In this document: positions 8,888-17,340 of the stretch, piece by piece
How positions within the stretch are numbered: position 1 is the stretch's first letter
Layout: each line of letters opens with the position of its first letter
Assembly: GCA_003219005.1 (NCBI GenBank)
Contig: QHPG01000102.1
Coordinates: forward strand, 1 to 62,333
Direction of reading: 5' to 3'
From: Verrucomicrobiota bacterium
GTDB lineage: Bacteria; Verrucomicrobiota; Verrucomicrobiia; Chthoniobacterales; UBA10450
Length of the DNA stretch: 62,333 bases
Notes under the pieces: generated by a model
Told to the model about the DNA's origin: nothing
What the model saw: the letters and a program-made list of their open reading frames with translations, nothing else
The model's database searches: none
Translations under genes and position numbers: made by a program

Positions 8888-10966
8888 ATGCTGAATCCGT
8901 CGAAGAACCTGATCGTTTTGCCAAGCGCACGGCCCGAAGTCACAGAGTCTTATTCTGCGACCGATCAAGAGATCGCCCGCGCGATCGCACGCGCGCAGGA
9001 AAACCTTCTACGGCAACAGAAACCCGATGGCCACTGGTGTGGCGAGCTGATCGTCGATAGCACGCTCTGCTCCGATTACATCCTCTTCTTGCACTGGTGC
9101 GGTGAAGTGGATGCGCAATTGCAGCGGCGTTGCGTTCGTCACATCTTGAAACGGCAACTGCCGGATGGCGGTTGGAATATTTATCACGGCGGTCCGAGCG
9201 AGATCAACGCGTCGACCAAAGCCTATTTCGCCCTGAAACTCGCTGGCTGTTCTGTGGATGCGCCGTTTATGCAGGAAGCGCGAGCCACCATCATGCGCCT
9301 TGGCGGCATCCCTCAAATGAACACGTTCAGCAAACTTTACCTCGCGCTGCTTGGCCAGTTTCCGTGGAAGTATTTGCCCGCAATCCCGGTGGAAATTGTG
9401 CTTCTGCCGAGATGGGCGCCATTTCACATCTACAAAATGTCGTCGTGGAGCCGGGGCATGATCATTCCGCTCGCCATCATCAATCATTTCAAACCTACTC
9501 GGATTCTGCCTGGCGAAAAACAATTGCATGAACTTTATCCGCTAGGCACCGAGCAAAGCGATTTGCGCCTTCTTCGCAGCGAAAAGTTCTGGACCTGGCG
9601 CAATTTCTTCCTGCGAGTAGATGATGTTTTCAAATTCCTGCGGCCGCTCCGGATTCAACCGCTGCGGCGGCGTGCGCTGGAAGCAGCCGAGCGCTGGATG
9701 CTCGAACGCGTCGGCGAGGGAAGTGACGGTCTCGCGGCGGTCTTTCCGGCGATGCTCAACTCTTTGATCGCTTTGCGCGCGTTGGGTTACTCGAAGAAAA
9801 ATCCAGTTTACGCCAAGGCTGAGAAAGATTTCACCGGGCTGTTTGTCGATGATCCGGAGGATTTCCGGATTCAACCTTGTCTCTCGCCCATTTGGGATAC
9901 GGCGATCAACGTCATCGCGCTGGCCGAATCCGGTGTTTCGCCGGACCATCCAGCGCTGCAAAAAGCCACAGATTGGCTGGTCAACAAAGAGGTGCGAATT
10001 AGAGGGGACTGGGCGGTAAACAATCCGCATCCGCAAGCGAGCGGTTGGGCATTCGAATACAACAACATTTATTATCCGGACACCGACGACACAGCGATGG
10101 TGCTGATGGCGTTGCGCACGGTGCGGCCCAAAGATCCACAAACGCTCGATGCAATCTTTCGTCGCGCGCTTGATTGGCAGCTCAGTTTCCAATGCGACGA
10201 TGGTGGCTGGGGCGCATTCGACAGAAACGTCACAACCGAGTGGCTCGAAGACATGCCGTTTGCCGATCATAATGCGATCCTCGACCCGACCTGCAGCGAT
10301 CTGACCGCGCGCACGCTCGAGCTGTTCGGTTATATCGGGTTCGACCCGAATCATCCCGCAGTGAAACGCGCCCTGGAGTATTTGATCAGGACGCAGGAGG
10401 ACGACGGTTCCTGGTACGGCCGCTGGGGCGTAAATTACATTTATGGCACATGGCAGGTGTTGCGCGGTTTGCGCGCTATCGGTCAGGACATGACGCAGGA
10501 CTGGATCTTGCGCGGGCGCGACTGGCTGGAGAGCTGTCAAAACAACGACGGCGGCTGGGGCGAGACCTGCGCAACGTACGACAATCCTGGGGCCAAAGGC
10601 ATCGGCGAGAGTACCGCTTCGCAGACTGCATGGGCGGTGATGGGTATTTGCGCGTGCGGCGAACTAGATCGACCGAGCATTCAGCGTGGCTTGCGTTTCC
10701 TGCTCAGTTCACAAAAACCGGACGGCTCGTGGGACGAGCAACAAATCACCGGCACCGGATTTCCGCGGACTTTCTATCTGAAGTACGATTTCTACCGACA
10801 AAATTTCCCGCTGCTCGCGCTGGCAACGTATGTCAATCGCCGCAGCGGTCTCGGTCATCGTCCGGGTTTTTATCGCTGCGATTACGTAGGGCGCGTCACT
10901 CCGTGCGCGCCGGATCGATTCTGGAACGAAAAAATAAAACCTGCCGCGATGCGTAATTCGATCTAA
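8888..10966 (+). CDS. shc: Squalene-hopene cyclase
   Basis: 692 aa with repeated QW motifs ([50 protein letters not shown]). The catalytic DxDDTA box is present ([12 protein letters not shown]). Confidence 0.95.
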   Translation: MLNPSKNLIVLPSARPEVTESYSATDQEIARAIARAQENLLRQQKPDGHWCGELIVDSTLCSDYILFLHWCGEVDAQLQRRCVRHILKRQLPDGGWNIYHGGPSEINASTKAYFALKLAGCSVDAPFMQEARATIMRLGGIPQMNTFSKLYLALLGQFPWKYLPAIPVEIVLLPRWAPFHIYKMSSWSRGMIIPLAIINHFKPTRILPGEKQLHELYPLGTEQSDLRLLRSEKFWTWRNFFLRVDDVFKFLRPLRIQPLRRRALEAAERWMLERVGEGSDGLAAVFPAMLNSLIALRALGYSKKNPVYAKAEKDFTGLFVDDPEDFRIQPCLSPIWDTAINVIALAESGVSPDHPALQKATDWLVNKEVRIRGDWAVNNPHPQASGWAFEYNNIYYPDTDDTAMVLMALRTVRPKDPQTLDAIFRRALDWQLSFQCDDGGWGAFDRNVTTEWLEDMPFADHNAILDPTCSDLTARTLELFGYIGFDPNHPAVKRALEYLIRTQEDDGSWYGRWGVNYIYGTWQVLRGLRAIGQDMTQDWILRGRDWLESCQNNDGGWGETCATYDNPGAKGIGESTASQTAWAVMGICACGELDRPSIQRGLRFLLSSQKPDGSWDEQQITGTGFPRTFYLKYDFYRQNFPLLALATYVNRRSGLGHRPGFYRCDYVGRVTPCAPDRFWNEKIKPAAMRNSI

Positions 10967-10977
10967 CTGTAAAGATT

Positions 10978-11577
10978 ATGGCTTACGAATTACCAAAATT
11001 ATCTTACGCGTACGATGCTTTGGAACCGCACATCGATGCGAAGACGATGGAAACCCATCATACCAAGCATCACCAGGCTTACATCGACAACGTTAACAAA
11101 GCGATCAAAGGCAAGGCTGATCTCGAAAAGAAATCGGTGGAAGATTTGATCAGCGACCTTAAATCGGTGCCGGAAGACATTCGCACAGTCGTGCGCAACA
11201 ACGGCGGCGGGCACGCAAATCATTCCTTCTTCTGGAAGATCATGGGACCGAACGCCGGCGGCGAACCCAAAGGCAAACTGGCTGATGATATCAAATCCAC
11301 CTTCGGCAGCTTCGACGAGTTTAAGGAAAAATTTGCCGATGCGGGTGTGAAACGTTTCGGCAGCGGCTGGGCGTGGTTGATTAAGAACAAGAATGGAAAG
11401 CTCGAAATTATTTCGACGCCGAATCAAGACAGCCCTCTGATGGATGGCAACACGCCCATCCTTGGCGTGGACGTCTGGGAGCATGCTTACTATCTCAAGT
11501 ATCAAAACCGCCGGCCCGATTATCTTAAGGCGTGGTGGAACGTAGTTAATTGGGACGCGGTGGCGAAAAATTACTGA
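10978..11577 (+). CDS. sodA: Superoxide dismutase, Mn type likely
   Basis: 199 aa with [28 protein letters not shown] and [18 protein letters not shown]. The GGH.NH and PNQDSP contexts favour Mn over Fe. Confidence 0.9.
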   Translation: MAYELPKLSYAYDALEPHIDAKTMETHHTKHHQAYIDNVNKAIKGKADLEKKSVEDLISDLKSVPEDIRTVVRNNGGGHANHSFFWKIMGPNAGGEPKGKLADDIKSTFGSFDEFKEKFADAGVKRFGSGWAWLIKNKNGKLEIISTPNQDSPLMDGNTPILGVDVWEHAYYLKYQNRRPDYLKAWWNVVNWDAVAKNY

Positions 11578-11600
11578 GCAGCGCTGGCGAATTCACGTCT

Positions 11601-11751
11601 GGGTAGCGCACGCGTCTCGCGTGTTGGCGAGCGCGTCCTCGCGATCGCGGATTTTCTCTTGAGTTCGTTATCGTCGAGGGTAAACAGAATCCGAAGAGAA
11701 GATTGTTTCGGCGCGACGCCGACACCAGCACGCGGGACGCGTGCGCTACCC
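11601..11751. repeat. Long imperfect palindromic element between sodA and dapL
   Basis: The left arm 11601-11629 (GGGTAGCGCACGCGTCTCGCGTGTTGGCG) pairs with the reverse complement of 11717-11751 (GGGTAGCGCACGCGTCCCGCGTGCTGGTGTCGGCG). The first 26 nt match except for 2 mismatches. The spacer is about 85 nt. Confidence 0.65.
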
Positions 11752-11756
11752 AAGGC

Positions 11757-12989
11757 ATGGCTTACCTCAACGAAAACTATCTCAAGCTTCAGGCCGGCTA
11801 TTTGTTTCCCGAAGTTGCGCGCCGGGTGCGCGAGTTTTGCGAAGCCAATCCTGAAGCTGCCAAGAGGTTAATCCGCTGTGGAATCGGTGATGTAACCGAG
11901 CCACTCCCGCGCGCGGCAGTCGAAGCGATGAAGCGGGCCGTCGAAGAGCTCGGCCATCCCGAAAGCTTTCGGGGCTATGGTCCGGAACAGGGCTACGAAT
12001 TTCTCAGATCAACGATCGCGCAGCACGATTATCGCGATCACAATATCGAGATTGCCGAGGACGAAATTTTTGTCTCTGACGGCTCAAAATGCGATTGCGG
12101 TTACATCCTCGATATTTTCGGCGATCAAAACAAGGTGGCGGTCCCCGATCCGGTTTATCCGGTCTATGTCGATACAAACGTGATGGCCGGCCACACTGGC
12201 CACGGCAGGAAAGACGGCAGCTACGAAGGGATCCTCTATTTGCCCTGCACCGCAGAAAATAATTTTGTGCCCGATCCACCAAAGGTACATGTCGATCTGG
12301 TTTATCTTTGTTTCCCTAACAATCCCACCGGCGCGGTGGCCTCGCGCGCGGAGCTCTCGCGCTGGGTCGAGTACGCACGCGAGCATGAGGCGCTTCTGCT
12401 GTTTGACGCCGCTTACCAGGCGTACATTTCTGATCCGGAAATTCCCCATTCAATTTTCGAAGTTCCGGGCGCGCGCGACTGCGCGATTGAGTTTCGCAGT
12501 TTTTCCAAGAACGGCGGTTTCACCGGCGTGCGATGCGGGTTTACGGTGATGCCAAAATCGCTGCTGGCGCAAACGGAGAACGGCCGCCGATTGCCGCTTC
12601 ATCCGCTTTGGCAGCGGCGCTGGAGCACCAAATCCAACAGCGTGAGTTATCCAGTGCAGCGCGGCGCCGAGGCGTTGTATTCACCTGAAGGTCGCAAGCA
12701 AGTGCGCTCTCTCATCGACCATTACATGGGCAACGCAAAACTCCTGCGCGATGCTGCGGCCGATGCTGGACTCGAAACTTTTGGTGGAATAAACGCGCCG
12801 TATATCTGGGTGAAAATGCCGGGGGGGCTGACGAGCTGGCAGATGTTCGATCGAATGCTGCGCCAGCTAAATGTGGTCATCACCCCGGGCGCCGGTTTCG
12901 GCGCGCAAGGGGAGGACCACTTTCGTATTTCCGCGTTCAACAGCCGCGAGAACGCTGAGGAAGTAGCGCACCGTTTGAAGACCTTGTGA
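11757..12989 (+). CDS. dapL: LL-diaminopimelate aminotransferase
   Basis: The track ORF (11703) is 5'-extended into the palindromic repeat. ATG 11757 gives [24 protein letters not shown], the canonical DapL N-terminus. The PLP-lysine context is [14 protein letters not shown]. Confidence 0.85.
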   Translation: MAYLNENYLKLQAGYLFPEVARRVREFCEANPEAAKRLIRCGIGDVTEPLPRAAVEAMKRAVEELGHPESFRGYGPEQGYEFLRSTIAQHDYRDHNIEIAEDEIFVSDGSKCDCGYILDIFGDQNKVAVPDPVYPVYVDTNVMAGHTGHGRKDGSYEGILYLPCTAENNFVPDPPKVHVDLVYLCFPNNPTGAVASRAELSRWVEYAREHEALLLFDAAYQAYISDPEIPHSIFEVPGARDCAIEFRSFSKNGGFTGVRCGFTVMPKSLLAQTENGRRLPLHPLWQRRWSTKSNSVSYPVQRGAEALYSPEGRKQVRSLIDHYMGNAKLLRDAAADAGLETFGGINAPYIWVKMPGGLTSWQMFDRMLRQLNVVITPGAGFGAQGEDHFRISAFNSRENAEEVAHRLKTL

Positions 12990-13084
12990 AGCAGGCAATC
13001 CTCCCTGCGAGAATAATGCAAGAAGTGGCGGTCTCCAGCCAGCCGTTCTTGGGCGGCGAGGAGATTGTCCTTCCTTGGGACTTT

Positions 13085-13102
13085 GCAGGCAAGATTGCCT
13101 GC
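13085..13102. repeat. REP-like hairpin GCAGGCA-AGAT-TGCCTGC
   Basis: Perfect 7-bp stem read directly. The same stem sequence recurs at 34333-34350, and related stems occur at 34303-34322, 12991-13008 and 22540-22589. Confidence 0.6.
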
Positions 13103-13121
13103 GCCACTCGACTCGCGTAGA

Positions 13122-13634
13122 GTGCGCAGAGTTTTTTCGGGGACATCACGCGTGCCGGATCGAAAACAAAATCTGCCGCAGCTTTATCGTTTCTGCTTCT
13201 TAATGCTGGGCGACTCAAGCAAAGCGCAGGAAGTCTTTCACACCACGTTGCGCGAAGCGGCTCTGCGCGCTGCGCAGGGGGAACTGCCCAGGGAACCGTT
13301 TTGGCTTTTCCGCGACGCGCGGTGGCGCTGTTTGGACGCAACCAAGACTGATTTGCAGCCAGAGTCGCTCGATCTCGATGAGCATGACCTGGCTGCGCAT
13401 GTTGCATCACAGATTGAAGAGCTCGAGCCCACGCAACTTGCAGTTTGGATTTCGGGCGCGCCCGATCCGCAGAGGACCGCGCTGGCACTTTTTTACCTCG
13501 ACGAATTTGATTACCAGGAAATTCTTGACCTCGGCGAACTCAAGCTCAACGAGCTTTCCCGGTTGCTGGCGCAGGGTCGCCGGCAATTGCAGGCATGGCT
13601 GGACGCAAAGCGCCCTCAACAAGGCACTGTATGA
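13122..13634 (+). CDS. ECF-type RNA polymerase sigma factor
   Basis: It has a region-2-like LPQLYRFCFLMLGDSSKAQEVFHTTL and a region-4 HTH (RTALALFYLDEFDYQEILDLGELKLNELSRLLAQGRRQLQ). The track start 13065 (TTG) overlaps the hairpin at 13085, so GTG 13122 (or 13152) is more plausible. Confidence 0.6.
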   Translation: MRRVFSGTSRVPDRKQNLPQLYRFCFLMLGDSSKAQEVFHTTLREAALRAAQGELPREPFWLFRDARWRCLDATKTDLQPESLDLDEHDLAAHVASQIEELEPTQLAVWISGAPDPQRTALALFYLDEFDYQEILDLGELKLNELSRLLAQGRRQLQAWLDAKRPQQGTV

Positions 13635-14407
13635 AAATGCTGCGATTATTGCGCCGGCAACGCGCCCTTTTAAATTGCGCGCCGATCAGCCACGACCGAT
13701 TGGCTGACAGTTCCATGCGCGCAGCGGTAGCTCGCGCAGATGACTCCGATGAATTTCGCAATCAGCAGAACTTCGATCGCGCTGTCGCCGAGCTCGTTCA
13801 CCTCATTCCAATTCCGCCCGAAACGGCTGAATGGTTCTCGGAGAAAGACCTGGCCGTTGGCTCGAAGTGGACATGGAGAAAAATGGCGCGGAACCCCGCC
13901 GTCCTTGCGATCAGCATCGCGGTCGTGGTTATCGCTGGAGTCTCCGTGTTTCAAGTGCTCAGTGGTCTAAATGAATTTCCGGGATCAGCGACCGCTCGGA
14001 AGTTGTTGACTGTGGCTGCCTCCACGCGACCGGTGATGCTCGATCCGGTAAGCACTGAAGCGGAGACATTGAGCGATTTGTTTTTTATGAAACACGGGCT
14101 GGAACATTACGATGTCCCAGCAGAATTCGCCGATTTTCGCACAATCGGTTGCCGCGTTTTCGAGGATGAGGAATCGCGGCGCATTGCCCAAATCTGGCTC
14201 GCTGAAAAACGGATGCAGCTATTTCTTTTTCCCGCGGAGAGGAATCCGAAAACTGGCGCCGTGCTGCGGTTTCCCGGGTGGCGCTACGTTCATCAAGAAG
14301 GCTGGGCCGGTGCAGTGACCGAACGCAACGGAGTGTGCTTCATGGCCGCACTGCGAGGGAACGAGAAAGATCTGGCGTCGTATATTTCCAAAACGACAGC
14401 GCAATAA
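13631..14407 (+). CDS. Putative anti-sigma factor (single-pass membrane protein)
   Basis: ATG 13631 overlaps the sigma stop (ATGA). One TM segment (AVLAISIAVVVIAGVSVFQVL) separates a cytoplasmic N-terminal part of about 95 aa from an external part of about 150 aa. No known domain was recognised; the call rests on position and topology. Confidence 0.5.
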   Translation: MKMLRLLRRQRALLNCAPISHDRLADSSMRAAVARADDSDEFRNQQNFDRAVAELVHLIPIPPETAEWFSEKDLAVGSKWTWRKMARNPAVLAISIAVVVIAGVSVFQVLSGLNEFPGSATARKLLTVAASTRPVMLDPVSTEAETLSDLFFMKHGLEHYDVPAEFADFRTIGCRVFEDEESRRIAQIWLAEKRMQLFLFPAERNPKTGAVLRFPGWRYVHQEGWAGAVTERNGVCFMAALRGNEKDLASYISKTTAQ

Positions 14408-14469
14408 GTTCGCCCTACATCTGTGCGCGTTGACACCTAATGTGACGCGTTCAACTTTCTTTCCCTCGC

Positions 14470-14541
14470 GCCAGGGTAGCTCAGTGGTAGAGCAGGGGAC
14501 TCATAAGCCCTTGGTCGGGAGTTCGAATCTCCCCCCTGGCA
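14470..14541 (+). tRNA. tRNA with anticodon CAT (elongator Met, or Ile2 if lysidine-modified)
   Basis: Hand-folded cloverleaf: acceptor GCCAGGG/CCCTGGC, D arm GCTC-AGTGGTA-GAGC, anticodon loop CTCATAA, variable TGGTC, T arm GGGAG-TTCGAAT-CTCCC, discriminator A, no encoded CCA. The G1-C72 pair argues against an initiator. There is one A-G mismatch at the loop-proximal end of the anticodon stem. Confidence 0.85.
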
Positions 14542-14563
14542 TTTCTTAATTGCGGATTGATTG

Positions 14564-14598
14564 AGCGTTGGACGTTGGACGTTCGGCGTTGGACGTTT
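14564..14598. repeat. 35-nt module of five degenerate heptamers (AGCGTTG GACGTTG GACGTTC GGCGTTG GACGTTT)
   Basis: Read directly. It lies immediately 3' of the tRNA and 5' of the LMF-like gene, and shares a 16-mer with 441-456. Confidence 0.7.
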
Positions 14599-14609
14599 TC
14601 TGCTCGGCA

Positions 14610-16136
14610 ATGGATCAGGAAAACGTCTTTCAGAAGCTTTTCACACTCGGAAACTCTTATTGGCTGACGCGATTCATCATTCTGCGACTGCTGGGTTTTG
14701 TTTACGCGGTTGCATTTCTGGTTGCCGCACAGCAACTCCTCCCATTGATCGGCGAACATGGATTAACGCCCGCGAACCATTTTCTTGCGAGCATCCAGAC
14801 GCAGCTCGGTTCGCGTACTGCTGGCATGCTACGAGTGCCCACACTCTTCTGGTTTGGAATTTCCGACACCCCATTGGCGATCTTCTCCTGGATCGGCTTT
14901 GCTCTCTCGCTTGTTGTCCTCGCTGGCTACGCGAACGCGATCATCGTCGGCATTCTCTGGGCAATGTACATGTCGATCGTTCACATTGGCCAGATCTGGT
15001 ACGGTTACGGCTGGGAGATTCAACTGCTCGAGACCGGCTTCTTGTCGATCTTTCTTTGCCCGTTACTCGATGGGCGGCCATTTCCAAAGTGTCGGCCACC
15101 GATTCTCGTGATCTGGCTTTTCCGTTGGCTTGGATTTCGGATCATGATTGGCGCAGGCCTGATCAAACTGCGCGGCGACTCGTGTTGGCGCGATCTCACT
15201 TGCATGTATTACCACTACGAAACACAGCCGATCCCGAACCCGATCAGTCGCTATCTGCATTTCGCGCCACTTGGGTTCCACAAATTTGAGACGGCATGGA
15301 ACCACTTCATCGAACTGATCGTGCCATGGTTTTCGCTTGGACCGCGGCAGGCAAGACATATCGCGGGCGTCCTTCTTGTCACTTTCCAAATCTTTCTCAT
15401 CATCAGCGGCAATCTTTCGTTCCTGAATTATCTCACCATCATCCCGTTCCTCGCGTGCTTTGACGATACCTTCCTGCGTCATTTTCTGCCGAGGGCATTA
15501 GTTAGGCGCGCGGAACGCGCGGCTCAAGAATCGGAACCGTCGCGCATCAATAATGCCATCGCGATCGCGTTATCGGTTCTGGTGATTTATCTGAGCGCTG
15601 CGCCTGTATTGAATCTCTTCTCCGGCCGGCAACTGATGAATTACTCTTATGATCCGCTCGATCTCGTAAACACCTACGGAGCTTTTGGAACCGTCGGGCG
15701 CGAACGCGACGAAATTGTTTTTGAGGGAACGGACGACACGGCAATCAGCGGCGATACGAAATGGAAGGAGTACGAGTTCAAAGCCAAGCCCGGCGATCCC
15801 AACCGCCGACCGCCGTTCGTCGCGCCGTATCAACCGCGTATCGATTGGCAAATCTGGTTCGCAGCGATGGCGTCGCCCGCTGAGTATCCGTGGACGCTGC
15901 ATTTAGTCTGGAAACTTCTCCACAACGATCGCGGCACACTCTCGCTCCTGGCAAACAATCCCTTTCCCGACGCGCCGCCTCGTTACATTCGCGCGCGACT
16001 TTATCGTTATCAGCTCGCGCCGATTGGCGAGAAAACGTGGTGGAAACGCGAACCAATCGGCAAATGGCTGCCCGCGCTCTCCACAGAAGATCCACAGTTT
16101 CGTCGGTTGCTGGAAGCAATGGACTGGCTGGATTGA
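14610..16136 (+). CDS. Lipase maturation factor (LMF1/DUF1222, HTTM-related) family membrane protein
   Basis: ATG 14610 (MDQENVFQKLF...); the track start lies inside the heptamer repeat. It is polytopic. The core YGYGWEIQLLETGFLSIFLCP and the C-terminal soluble part (NTYGAFGTVGRERDEIVFEGT, RIDWQIWFAAM) fit the LMF family from memory. Confidence 0.7.
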   Translation: MDQENVFQKLFTLGNSYWLTRFIILRLLGFVYAVAFLVAAQQLLPLIGEHGLTPANHFLASIQTQLGSRTAGMLRVPTLFWFGISDTPLAIFSWIGFALSLVVLAGYANAIIVGILWAMYMSIVHIGQIWYGYGWEIQLLETGFLSIFLCPLLDGRPFPKCRPPILVIWLFRWLGFRIMIGAGLIKLRGDSCWRDLTCMYYHYETQPIPNPISRYLHFAPLGFHKFETAWNHFIELIVPWFSLGPRQARHIAGVLLVTFQIFLIISGNLSFLNYLTIIPFLACFDDTFLRHFLPRALVRRAERAAQESEPSRINNAIAIALSVLVIYLSAAPVLNLFSGRQLMNYSYDPLDLVNTYGAFGTVGRERDEIVFEGTDDTAISGDTKWKEYEFKAKPGDPNRRPPFVAPYQPRIDWQIWFAAMASPAEYPWTLHLVWKLLHNDRGTLSLLANNPFPDAPPRYIRARLYRYQLAPIGEKTWWKREPIGKWLPALSTEDPQFRRLLEAMDWLD

Positions 16137-16166
16137 AGATCGACAATTTCAAAAGAGACACTGCTT

Positions 16167-17195
16167 ATGAAGTCTGTTCCAGTGATCAGCTCAAATTTCT
16201 TAGAATGCATCGCTGATCCTGCGTCGCGATTTCACGCAGTTTACTTGTCGTACCGAAACGGCAAGGTCACGAAAAACGAAGTAGTCGCGCGTCTGCCGCA
16301 TGTTGCCATGCTCGGAGACAGCGTCTGCATGGGCATCTACATTTCATGGCCCTGGAGCACGTTCTGGCGCGCACATACTTCCCACGGAGGGAACTGGTTT
16401 CTCGATAATGGCCCGGTGGGCCCGGGCATTCACAGCGTTTCCAGAAGACTGGAAGAGATTACGCCTTTCGTTGCAATTGAATATGCGGGAATCGGCGCGA
16501 TGGTCGATCAGGAGCGTGACCGACAAAATGTTTTTCGCCGCATCCTCGGGACGCGCAATTTTTCCGGACAAATCAATCGGCTCCTGCGAACGAAGCGGTT
16601 CCCCGATCTGATTTTGGTTTCGATCGGGCATAACAATGTCGATTGGGCGTGGCGATGCCCGCCTGGTGAGTTGAATGCACCTGAGCGGCGCCTGAACCGA
16701 CAAAGCAAAGAGTTCCGAGAGAATTACGGTCGCGAGCTGCGCCGCCTACTCGGACGCGCTCAGAGGGAGCGACATCGCGTGGCGGTCGTCGTTTTCGGAC
16801 TGATAAATTTCGAATTGTATTTCAAAGGTCGCGAGGCGGCCGAGCGCCTTCGACAATTGGACAAAAGTTTGTATCCGCACCTGGAAACGACGTACAAATA
16901 TCTTCTCTCTTTCCATCCAGCTTACCGGCGCAATTTGATTCGTCTTGCTTCAATCGTGAACGAAGAACTGCGCGCAATAGGAGAAGAGCTGAATCGCGAG
17001 CTTGCGGACACTGAAAACATTCAGGTGCGATATTCCGACGCGTTGGCGACAGCGGACCTCAGCCGCGCGGAGTTACTCCATCCAATTGATGGTTGGCACG
17101 CGTCCGTCGAGGGACACAATGTGCTGGCAGAAGCCGCATTCAGCGACCTCGGACCAAGCCTAGAGTTTCTTGGAATCAACCGGCCATCTCATTAA
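16167..17195 (+). CDS. SGNH/GDSL-family hydrolase (lipase/esterase-like)
   Basis: 342 aa. Block I is MLGDSVCMG (Ser), block III is SIGHNNVDW (Asn), and block V is PIDGWHAS (Asp..His). No signal peptide is evident. Confidence 0.75.
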   Translation: MKSVPVISSNFLECIADPASRFHAVYLSYRNGKVTKNEVVARLPHVAMLGDSVCMGIYISWPWSTFWRAHTSHGGNWFLDNGPVGPGIHSVSRRLEEITPFVAIEYAGIGAMVDQERDRQNVFRRILGTRNFSGQINRLLRTKRFPDLILVSIGHNNVDWAWRCPPGELNAPERRLNRQSKEFRENYGRELRRLLGRAQRERHRVAVVVFGLINFELYFKGREAAERLRQLDKSLYPHLETTYKYLLSFHPAYRRNLIRLASIVNEELRAIGEELNRELADTENIQVRYSDALATADLSRAELLHPIDGWHASVEGHNVLAEAAFSDLGPSLEFLGINRPSH

Positions 17196-17296
17196 CACCT
17201 CTGGCTTTAGCCAGGTGTTTGACGCACACCGCGCCGATAAGCCGTTTAAACGGCTTCATTCTTGGACTTGGCGGTGCACCGCGCTGAAGCGCGGTG
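17194..17296. terminator. Cluster of three stem-loops between convergent genes
   Basis: AACACCTCTGGC/GCCAGGTGTT (17194-17219, 2-nt bulge), the perfect 18-nt palindrome AAGCCGTTTAAACGGCTT (17239-17256), and CACCGCGC-TGAA-GCGCGGTG (17277-17296). None has a clear U-tract, so intrinsic-terminator function is inferred only from position. Confidence 0.45.
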
Positions 17297-17340
17297 TTAA
17301 TACGAACGGGCGAATTGGAAGTCGTTCGGGAAATTGCGAT

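Noticed and set aside
9542-10540. 332-aa minus-strand ORF antisense to shc. Similar long alternative or antisense ORFs: 25161..26099 inside dsbD, 14561..15289 inside the LMF gene, 51901..52662 opposite the GAF-PP2C gene, 59798..60514, 12937..13488, and 2712..3338.
   Set aside because: Each lies entirely within or opposite a gene with strong family motifs. Their translations are Arg/Ala/Pro-rich with no recognisable motif. This is the usual shadow-ORF behaviour of GC-rich coding DNA.
11703-11756. 5'-extended start codons offered by the ORF track: dapL 11703, dsbD 24265, LMF 14568, methyltransferase 34343, ligase fusion 50667, Gre-like 58846, GT39 31175, HMGL 55093, deacetylase 41489, SDR 28316, and small basic protein 29261.
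   Set aside because: The extensions run into repeats or hairpins, or overlap the neighbouring gene. Internal ATG/GTG codons give canonical family N-termini or signal peptides. I used the shorter coordinates, but the starts remain unverified.
14470-14541. tRNA gene as the border of a genomic island.
   Set aside because: There is no integrase, no direct repeat of the tRNA 3' end, and no change in gene character on either side. The flanking genes look like ordinary chromosomal genes.
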